Shown here in pieces: positions 7,768 through 14,492 of a stretch of 47,559 bases of DNA. This DNA is from a virus (lineage: Duplodnaviria > Caudoviricetes): the IMG/VR virus record IMGVR_UViG_3300037470_000196, positions 1 to 47,559 of that record; one strand, 5' to 3'. Made by a program: the position numbers and the translations under genes. Numbering within the stretch: position 1 is the stretch's first letter; every line of letters starts with the position of its first letter. Below the pieces are notes generated by a model. It ran no database searches. It was not told where the DNA came from and worked only from the letters and a program-made list of their open reading frames with translations.

Positions 7768-8979
7768 CTATCCCTTAACGCACAATACTGCGCTCAGGGT
7801 GTGTCTGATGTCAACTAAATCCTCTTGGCTTCTCATTACCGCGTCGATGTCCTTGTAGGCACCCGGAGTTTCGTCTAGCACACCTTCGTCTTTGCGGCAC
7901 TCCACACCCAAGGTGGCCCGGGCGTGGTCTTCCAGGGTGAAGGTTTTCTTGGCCTGTGTCCGTGACATCAAACGACCAGCGCCGTGTGAGCACGACATGA
8001 AGCTTTCGCGGTTACCTTTGCCCTGGACAATGTACGAACGCTTTCCCATGGCACCCGGGATGATGCCCCACATGCCGTCATCCGCGCGCAGTGCTCCCTT
8101 ACGTGTAACGATTACGTCGGACCCGAAGTGCCGTTCCCACGACACGTAGTTATGGTGGCAGTTCACAGCCTGGGCCTGAACTATGACAGGTTTTACGTGG
8201 TGCTCTAGCGTGTTCAGCGTGCGAGCCATCATGATTTCACGGTTAACAAGAGCATACTGCTGTGCCCATCGCACAGCCTGAACATAGTCACCGAAGTATT
8301 CGGATCCTTCCGGCAAGTACGCTAGGTTATAATCCGGCAAGTTGATGTGCCAGCGCTCCATCTCCTCTTTGGCCTTGGAGATGAAGTAACTACCGATGCG
8401 ATTACCTACGCCACGAGATCCGCTGTGCAGCATAACCCATACTGCGTCAGACTCGTCAAGACACACCTCTATGAAGTGGTTCCCCGTGCCCAGGGTGCCA
8501 AGATGTACTGCGGTGTTGCATCCACGCAACTTAGGGTGGTCTGCACACAGCAAGTCGAACTTGTCCTGCATGAGCGACCAGGGGGCTGCCACGTCCTTGG
8601 GTACTTCACTCCCCCAGGCGCCTTGATCCCCAGGTCCGCCGTTGCTGGTTCGTCCGTGAGGTACGGCGGCTTCGATGTCAGAGCGTAAGGTGGACAGTGA
8701 ATCCGGTAGGTCTTCTGCGCGTAGGTTGGTCTTTACTGCGCCCATTCCGCAGCCCAAGTCCACCCCGACGGCAGCTGGAATTATCACGTGTTTGGTGGCA
8801 ATGACACTTCCTACACAAGCCCCGTTTCCCCAATGTCCGTCGGGCATACAAGCGACATGCTTGTGAATGAACGGCAGTTGGCTCACGTTTTTCAATTGCT
8901 GCATAGCCGTATCCTCCAACGGCGGTACGTGATCGGTCCACAACTTAATGCGGTTGCCGTTTTCCGTTATGGCTTTCAT
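7768..8979 (-). CDS. rtcB: RtcB family RNA ligase
   Basis: MPDGH, VGVDLGCG, GTLGTGNHFIE, HSGSRG, CHHN, RKGA, SCSHGAGR, DETPGAYK, C-terminal VKG. Confidence 0.97.
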   Translation of the reverse strand: MKAITENGNRIKLWTDHVPPLEDTAMQQLKNVSQLPFIHKHVACMPDGHWGNGACVGSVIATKHVIIPAAVGVDLGCGMGAVKTNLRAEDLPDSLSTLRSDIEAAVPHGRTSNGGPGDQGAWGSEVPKDVAAPWSLMQDKFDLLCADHPKLRGCNTAVHLGTLGTGNHFIEVCLDESDAVWVMLHSGSRGVGNRIGSYFISKAKEEMERWHINLPDYNLAYLPEGSEYFGDYVQAVRWAQQYALVNREIMMARTLNTLEHHVKPVIVQAQAVNCHHNYVSWERHFGSDVIVTRKGALRADDGMWGIIPGAMGKRSYIVQGKGNRESFMSCSHGAGRLMSRTQAKKTFTLEDHARATLGVECRKDEGVLDETPGAYKDIDAVMRSQEDLVDIRHTLSAVLCVKG

Positions 8980-9032
8980 GGTGTGTACCAGTCGGGTTTA
9001 GGGAATCGCCCAGTGTACGTCCAGGTTTTCAT
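8976..9032 (-). CDS. 18-aa leader ORF (MKTWTYTGRFPKPDWYTP) coupled to rtcB
   Basis: GGAG ribosome-binding site upstream; its TGA overlaps the rtcB ATG (ATGA). Confidence 0.6.
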   Translation of the reverse strand: MKTWTYTGRFPKPDWYTP

Positions 9033-9075
9033 GGTGTTTTCTCCAGTCGGTAAATTAGCAATGCCGGCGGGATTT

Positions 9076-9110
9076 GTGCCGAGCTTCATGGCGCCGGCCA
9101 GCCTTTTCAA
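9076..9110 (-). repeat. Element P variant (P'): TTGAAAAGGCTGGCCGGCGCCATGAAGCTCGGCAC
   Basis: Aligns ungapped to P; 23 nt identical to 35921-35943. Confidence 0.85.
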
Positions 9111-9113
9111 CAT

Positions 9114-9158
9114 GTCAGGTAAAGAAAAGAGGATGGGGTTGTAACTGGGTTACCTGAC
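9114..9158 (-). promoter_or_regulatory. 9-bp stem (GTCAGGTAA/TTACCTGAC) presenting element B (GTTACAACCCCATCCTC)
   Basis: Perfect inverted repeat; the 17-nt loop motif is identical to 47435-47451. Confidence 0.75.
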
Positions 9159-9165
9159 GGGGCTC

Positions 9166-9200
9166 GTCACAAACTTCAAGGCGTTGAGCAGCCATATCAA
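9166..9200 (-). repeat. Element P (35 nt): TTGATATGGCTGCTCAACGCCTTGAAGTTTGTGAC
   Basis: Identical to 13420-13454; near-identical to 16204, 25796 and 37728. Confidence 0.92.
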
Positions 9201-9225
9201 CGTATCAGGAGTTTCCCAGAAGGTG

Positions 9226-10065
9226 TCAAAACTCTCGCGTTCTAATACAAGCGAACGGAATCTGGTCCCGACTCTCCGCACTTCGTTTCCAATTGTCCCC
9301 ATTGCTGAGGTCTTTGTTGGTGGGTCCGGATGAGTCTGTTCCCAGTAGCCCAACAAACTGATGCCCTACCGGATGTATGCACCAACTGACACGATGCCAA
9401 AATTCCCTCTCTCCGTCTCGATCTACGACAGCCGTCGGATTTGGTGGGCACGACATGGCGTACTCTAGGAATCCGGATCCGAACAGGTAGGAATCATATA
9501 CACCAGGAGAGGGATTAGGAAATCCATCGTCACTGAATTTCATATCTGTGTACCTCCTCCTGAATGAGTTTAGTGCACCGCTATGCATACACAGACCAGT
9601 TACGGAATTACCTTCCCCCATGTCCCTGCGGACTGCTCTCAGCGTATCTTCCGTGAGGTTGGTTACACCTTCGATGAACCTAGTCCCGGAGATGTCAACG
9701 ATCAGGTCACTAGCCCGTGCCTTGGCGCTGTTGGCCACCACGCCCGATATGACGGCGAGCACTGCTTTTTGAAACCTGGTCGCCCAGTAATGGCTAATCA
9801 ACTCCATCGGGTAGTCTTCCAGTAGGGATTCCGGCCAGTGTTGATTGCGGGAGAGTCGGACAGCCTGCTCTACATGGGACAGTCCATTCCAAGATGGCAC
9901 TGTGAGCAGTACTCCGCCCGGACTAGTGTGTCTTCCTGAATCTAGCCAATTCGTCAAATACCCGGAATGCACCGCCACTCTCGACTGTATAAACTTAGAC
10001 TTGGCTATTGTCTTTTCCCGACACTGTTCGGCGAATCAATGCGTGGATAAATTCGATATTGTCAC
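9226..10065 (-). CDS. Internally deleted paralogue of the major capsid protein, with in-frame TGA at 10036-10038 (open frame 9226-9978 from an internal GTG)
   Basis: Colinear with 46297-47385: HVEQAVR, YWATRFQ/YWARRFQ, DLIVDISG/DLTVDISG, YDSYLFG, WCIHPVGHQFVG/WCVHPMGHQFVG, GPTN, IPFA..RTRE. Confidence 0.9.
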
Positions 10066-10418
10066 TTTTGTCCTCCCTTACCCGCCGTCAAATACCTACG
10101 ACGAATCTTACCAGCCTCCCGGGACTGTTGTGCCAGCCATGCGCGGCGCTGGGCACGGTTCATGTCGGACAGCTCGATGCGGACCTTCAACTGAAGGTCC
10201 GAAGGCTTATCTACCATGCTCTTGGTACGCATGCCCTGGGACGCGATTTCGATGTTAGTGCGGCCCTTGGTTGCTGCCAGGTACTCGTCAATGGATTGTC
10301 CCGTGCCACCAACCTTGGCGCCGCGATCACGTGCGGGGATTGGTTCGTTGGTCAGGGACTCAAGAAATTCTTCGGTGTTTGTTGGGTTTTGACTAGTATC
10401 CATTTTTACTTGTTCCAC
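10062..10418 (-). CDS. Hypothetical protein (basic C-terminus)
   Basis: 118-aa ORF with MNRAQRRA motif; in operon. Confidence 0.65.
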   Translation of the reverse strand: MEQVKMDTSQNPTNTEEFLESLTNEPIPARDRGAKVGGTGQSIDEYLAATKGRTNIEIASQGMRTKSMVDKPSDLQLKVRIELSDMNRAQRRAWLAQQSREAGKIRRRYLTAGKGGQK

Positions 10419-10804
10419 TTGGGTTCCGGTTTGATGAATGTAGGCTCGGTCCTGATTATGAGGTTGGGTATAGCCTGCACCCCGTTGTCCTTGACGTGGA
10501 TTACGCCCTGGTCATCAGGGTCTCCCCCTGCCCATTCCATAGCGCCATTGAGTGTGTACCCCCATGGTCCTAGGTGGTTGTCTATGAGGTACTGTAGCCA
10601 CTCTACATAGTCGTAGAATTTTTCTGTTTCGTCCCAGACGATGGCCGTGCCATCTACGGCTGGCACCCATTGACAATAATAGCCCGGTACGTCGGACTCG
10701 TCTCGATGATCCGTGCTCGCAAAGTTTTGAAGGAATGCTGAGTGTTCAGCTGTTAGAGGCCTATCCAGCTCAAACCTGCCGTTGAAATTTGTCGTGTAGC
10801 CCAT
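10406..10804 (-). CDS. Conserved hypothetical phage protein
   Basis: MGYTTNFNG...CQW...WDETEKFYDYVEWLQYLI...LNG...W.G.D..D.G.I pattern. Confidence 0.75.
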   Translation of the reverse strand: MGYTTNFNGRFELDRPLTAEHSAFLQNFASTDHRDESDVPGYYCQWVPAVDGTAIVWDETEKFYDYVEWLQYLIDNHLGPWGYTLNGAMEWAGGDPDDQGVIHVKDNGVQAIPNLIIRTEPTFIKPEPKWNK

Positions 10805-10812
10805 GACTAGCG

Positions 10813-11037
10813 CTACCGTTCCTGGACACTAGTTTTGGCATGAATAGGTACAGAATCCAGTGCCCCGTTGTCGTCATCCAATCTGATCTGGATCTCGTGG
10901 TAACGATAACCTGGAGACTGTGTGCGCACGTAATTGTCTGCCGTGCACGAAGCCCATCCGCCGAAGCAGAAGAAGAAAAGGAAGGTCAGAGATAGTGTTT
11001 TGACAACCTTGTAGGTAAGCAAGTTATTCTTGTTCAT
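10813..11037 (-). CDS. Small membrane-anchored protein
   Basis: AAGGAG ribosome-binding site; N-terminal hydrophobic segment. Confidence 0.65.
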   Translation of the reverse strand: MNKNNLLTYKVVKTLSLTFLFFFCFGGWASCTADNYVRTQSPGYRYHEIQIRLDDDNGALDSVPIHAKTSVQER

Positions 11038-11077
11038 GTTGGTTCTCCTTTGGTTGTTATTTGTTATTCGTTATTTA

Positions 11078-11209
11078 CGCTTAAGTCGGCTCCCAACATT
11101 TGTTTCATGCGGGAACATACCAAAACCCGGTCGCGGGATCTCCCTACAGCGTCAGCTCCATCCGATGAACCTCGCTCGCGCACCATGCTGTTGGGAGCCG
11201 ACTTAAACG
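11078..11209 (-). ncRNA. Putative structured RNA closed by an 18-bp perfect (21-bp with G-U) inverted repeat
   Basis: TTAAGTCGGCTCCCAACA (11081-11098) pairs with 11189-11206; intergenic. Confidence 0.55.
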
Positions 11210-11330
11210 CCCCGAAGACCTGCCGCTTCGGGTCGGCACGATGTAAGTACCGTCACTGCCCACCTTGCGTTTGCCTGTACTGTTCCACCAGTACAACTGA
11301 CGCCCCTGTGGGCCGGGTCAAGTAAATCGA

Positions 11331-11355
11331 GGCACGGACACGTCGCGTCCGTGCC
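11331..11355 (-). terminator. Hairpin just after the SSB-like gene, possible terminator
   Basis: 9-bp stem GGCACGGAC/GTCCGTGCC followed by TCGATTTACTT (weak U tract). Confidence 0.5.
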
Positions 11356-11363
11356 CCAGATGG

Positions 11364-12311
11364 CTAGAACGCCGGCTCTTCCATCACCGCTGCTTCTTGC
11401 GCTTCCTCGCTGTCGTCCGCGTCCGAGTAGTCAACCCTGCCCAGCGCACCGGAGTCAACCAGTTGGTGGAACTGCTTACACCGCTCTAGTGCGTCAGCAT
11501 GCACTGGAGCCTTTTCGACGAACCGACAGCGGCTCCAGTTGCCACCATACGGCTCAGCTAGGTACTTGTACGAGTCCTGCTGTCCGGTCTTACCTGGCCG
11601 GAACTCCGTCTTCAGCACCGTACGGAAGGCGTACAGGGGCGATCCTTTACCGTTGGTGCCCTTGGGCGCCTCCGCCATCCCGGACCACCACGCCTTACGG
11701 GGGAAGATATTGGTACCGGCAAACGGAATCATAGCAACACCCAGTGGCGTAGTACCGTCAGCCGGATCGATCAGGACGACGTGCACTTCAACAGTGTATC
11801 CAAACTGTGTGCGGGTATCTGACTCTAGGCCACGCCACTCGTCGGGTCCGTTGGCCTTGTAGGCCTTGACCACACGGGGATCCGCATTTGGCCCGGTCAG
11901 TTCAGCGGACAACTTGGCGATGAATAGCCCACCGTCCTTGGACGACTTGCGCTCAATCACACAAGCCTTAGCGCAGATGGGCACGATAAGCAGTCCCTTG
12001 GTGCCGTCAAACACCTGGCCCGTGACACTGTTGTAAATGTCACCCTCCTTGATAGTGGACCCATCTGGGCGGTCCTTGAAGATTTTGCTGCTGCTCTGCA
12101 CAATCTTCAACATGGGGATGATCAACTCATCCGCCTTCACCTTGTGCTCAGCTGCTGCGTGATCCTCACCATAGGTGTAGTCCACATCGGGACCCACCAG
12201 CATGCCGGGCAGTGCTTCAGGTCCAGCAACAATTGCCGTCTCGGTCAAACCGTCATCCTCAACCTCGGCCACTGGTTCCTGTACGGGCGCCGCATTTTTC
12301 TTAGATGCCAT
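11364..12311 (-). CDS. Probable single-stranded DNA-binding protein
   Basis: ELIIPMLKIVQSSS motif; acidic C-terminal tail ending in Phe; replication-module context. Confidence 0.65.
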   Translation of the reverse strand: MASKKNAAPVQEPVAEVEDDGLTETAIVAGPEALPGMLVGPDVDYTYGEDHAAAEHKVKADELIIPMLKIVQSSSKIFKDRPDGSTIKEGDIYNSVTGQVFDGTKGLLIVPICAKACVIERKSSKDGGLFIAKLSAELTGPNADPRVVKAYKANGPDEWRGLESDTRTQFGYTVEVHVVLIDPADGTTPLGVAMIPFAGTNIFPRKAWWSGMAEAPKGTNGKGSPLYAFRTVLKTEFRPGKTGQQDSYKYLAEPYGGNWSRCRFVEKAPVHADALERCKQFHQLVDSGALGRVDYSDADDSEEAQEAAVMEEPAF

Positions 12312-12335
12312 TCTTGTTCATTCCTTTATTATTGT

Positions 12336-12980
12336 TTATTTCTGTTTAATACTCGTGGTCGTCCGTTCGTGGACGCCCAGGATGTCTCTGGGGAACATGT
12401 CGTTCTGTGCCGACAGCGACCGGATCATGGCCGACAGTGAGCCTGAGTGAACGCTTTCTCCCTCTACTACGTGCAATTTCTTCTTGCGCTTGGCGAGGTC
12501 GGCTCTGAACTTGCGGGCCCATGCTTCGTCACCCTTCTCAAATTGCACAGTGAAATCCCTTTGAATCAAGTGATGGTGATCGTTTTCCTCCAACCACTTA
12601 ATTGCGGCCTCTCTACGGTCAATCATCGCCTGACGCTTATCAGGGTCCTTTTCCTTGTTGATGCTGGTGGGCGCCGGGATGTTGGCCCAGAGCGTCGTGT
12701 CAATCTTGACCACCAGGCCATCTTCGGTTTCAAGCATCTTCAGGCCACCGCACTCGTCCGTCATGAGTGAGGGAATGTCAACCTCCAGTAGGCGTTTCAG
12801 CGTCCGCTCTTTGACGGCTACCTCTGACTTCAGCTTCTTGACCTCTGCCTCTGTGTCATGCGCCAACTTTACCAGTTGGTTCAGCCGCTGTATAGCGGTA
12901 TTGGCGACACGCGGCGCGTGGTTTTCGTAGTTCAGGTCAGACTCGTCGATATCGACGAGGCCGGGTAATGATTGTGACAT
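12336..12980 (-). CDS. Conserved phage replication-module protein (N-terminal coiled coil)
   Basis: Coiled coil followed by DIPSLM...AIKWLEEN...LI...F.V.F.KG...VHSGSL; lies between the helicase and SSB-like genes. Confidence 0.75.
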   Translation of the reverse strand: MSQSLPGLVDIDESDLNYENHAPRVANTAIQRLNQLVKLAHDTEAEVKKLKSEVAVKERTLKRLLEVDIPSLMTDECGGLKMLETEDGLVVKIDTTLWANIPAPTSINKEKDPDKRQAMIDRREAAIKWLEENDHHHLIQRDFTVQFEKGDEAWARKFRADLAKRKKKLHVVEGESVHSGSLSAMIRSLSAQNDMFPRDILGVHERTTTSIKQK

Positions 12981-12981
12981 T

Positions 12982-13380
12982 TTATCCTATTGTGAGCAGT
13001 GCGGGGTTCAGCACGCCTCCGGATTCGTTAGCGCGTTTGCCTTCGTCTGATAGTTGCGTGTCTAGGTTGTGACACTGCCGTAGTTCTTCTCCATGTTCCC
13101 ACACGTGCGCCAGGATGCTTACGGCACATCCGTACATGAAACCCGTGATTCCGTTCGTGTCTGCCTGGCGGGAGGTTTCATTCGCCACATCCGCAACACT
13201 ACTGTCGGTGCAAAGTCGTGCTTCCATTAAACTGGCCCAGTCAGCCGCGTATGTGAAGCAACGTCGTCCGTATGGGTCGTATGTGAAGCAACGTCGTCCG
13301 TATGGGTCGGTATTGTTTTCTAGGTCCTTTTGCCAGTCTGCGAGTCTAGAGGGTTTAATACTGAAGTGTTTATGTTCCAT
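12982..13380 (-). CDS. Hypothetical phage protein with a 10-aa tandem duplication
   Basis: GITGFMYGCAV...W.HGEELR...GGVLNPA; DPYGRRCFTY occurs twice. Confidence 0.75.
   Translation of the reverse strand: MEHKHFSIKPSRLADWQKDLENNTDPYGRRCFTYDPYGRRCFTYAADWASLMEARLCTDSSVADVANETSRQADTNGITGFMYGCAVSILAHVWEHGEELRQCHNLDTQLSDEGKRANESGGVLNPALLTIG
13249..13308. repeat. Perfect 30-bp tandem duplication
   Basis: gtatgtgaagcaacgtcgtccgtatgggtc x2. Confidence 0.95.
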
Positions 13381-13419
13381 TGGGTGTCCTTATACCATTT
13401 TGGTTAGAGCCCCAGGCCC

Positions 13420-13454
13420 GTCACAAACTTCAAGGCGTTGAGCAGCCATATCAA
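13420..13454 (-). repeat. Element P
   Basis: Identical to 9166-9200. Confidence 0.92.
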
Positions 13455-13461
13455 AGTGGGC

Positions 13462-13555
13462 ATATTTTCTTTGGTCCAACCCTAACCCCCTGACAAATTA
13501 GTTAGGTGTTAAGGGAGTTGGTGAGACTTGGTTAGGGTTGGACCAAAGAAAATAT
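13462..13555. repeat. 26-bp perfect inverted repeat with 42-nt interior
   Basis: atattttctttggtccaaccctaacc (13462-13487) / reverse complement at 13530-13555. Confidence 0.9.
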
Positions 13556-13561
13556 TGGGAC

Positions 13562-13639
13562 AGGGTAGGCAACGCAGGTCAAAATAGCGGAAAACAGGTG
13601 GGTTGTGAACTTGGCGACATGCCCTGCGTTACCTACCCT
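13562..13639 (-). repeat. 17-bp inverted repeat (one G-U pair on the minus strand)
   Basis: agggtaggcaacgcagg / cctgcgttacctaccct. Confidence 0.85.
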
Positions 13640-13641
13640 CT

Positions 13642-14277
13642 TTACTTGACACACCCCGTGTCAGCCGTCAACACTTTTTTACTGCGCGTACGGCGTTGTT
13701 TCTCCATCCATTTCCAGGTGTATACACCTGGTACCCCAGTCCAGTCACACAACAGCGTATCATTCAGACCGGTCTGCGGCTTACCGGTCTTTTTGCTGAC
13801 AAACGGTAGCCCTGTTTCGGGGTCCAGGTAGGTGATGCGCGGGCTAATACAGTAGACAGCACAGTGGCCCAGTACGTACTTGGCGAACCACTCTGAGCCC
13901 ACCCCTGCAGGGAACAGGGAGAAGATAGGGACACCCGGGACAACGATGTCCACGCACGTCGTGGGCTCGGTAGGATCGCCTTCTGTGATGATCTGATCGG
14001 TTCCCTTTTGACATTTGGCTGCCCACGGTTTGATGTTACGCCATGGCGGGTTTAGCCAGGCCGCCTCCCCATCTTTGTACGGTATCAGGGACCAGTCTTC
14101 CTGTAAAGCGTCTACCCCCAGGTCAAAGTGGAAACCTGTCCGGACTTTGTTTTCGTTGGATTGCGTTATGATGCAATCCCGCGTAGTACACGCTAGGTCA
14201 AATACGAACCGTACGCCGAACTTCTTCTCTACGGCCTCAATGAACGACCTTGGCGTTTGGGCATTTTGCTGGCTCAC
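13642..14277 (-). CDS. Phage DNA N6-adenine methyltransferase
   Basis: QTP...FDLAC...DAL..DW...WLNPPW...W..K; RITY motif. Confidence 0.85.
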   Translation of the reverse strand: MSQQNAQTPRSFIEAVEKKFGVRFVFDLACTTRDCIITQSNENKVRTGFHFDLGVDALQEDWSLIPYKDGEAAWLNPPWRNIKPWAAKCQKGTDQIITEGDPTEPTTCVDIVVPGVPIFSLFPAGVGSEWFAKYVLGHCAVYCISPRITYLDPETGLPFVSKKTGKPQTGLNDTLLCDWTGVPGVYTWKWMEKQRRTRSKKVLTADTGCVK

Positions 14278-14492
14278 ATTCCCTCTTTTTCGTAATGCTT
14301 TATGCCGTCATAACGCGGCCTATAAACTGTTGGGTCTTCACGCTCCTCACGCTTTCGTCGCGTTCGACCTTCCTCTATGGCTTCGTTCAGGCAGTCACTG
14401 CACAACTTACGGCCACTGTTGAAGCCAACTGTGAATACATTGGGGCACTGCTCACATTTTCTGTCTCTGGGTTTTGTTGTGTGCATCAGCAT
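14274..14492 (-). CDS. Small Zn-finger protein
   Basis: CEQC...LCSDC. Confidence 0.6.
   Translation of the reverse strand: MLMHTTKPRDRKCEQCPNVFTVGFNSGRKLCSDCLNEAIEEGRTRRKREEREDPTVYRPRYDGIKHYEKEGM

Noticed and set aside
9076-9200. CRISPR array
   Set aside because: Only two diverged repeats, a 55-nt structured spacer, other copies solitary, and no cas gene in the window.
9150-9356. ORF ending LIWLLNALKFVT, suggesting a repeated peptide family
   Set aside because: The similarity is just translation of element P; most P copies are intergenic.
10036-10038. Genome-wide TGA recoding
   Set aside because: Many genes end in TGA with ATGA/GTGA overlaps, and long genes are uninterrupted under the standard code.
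11078-11209. Retron msr-msd
   Set aside because: Flanking inverted repeat present, but no long msd hairpin and no reverse transcriptase in the window.
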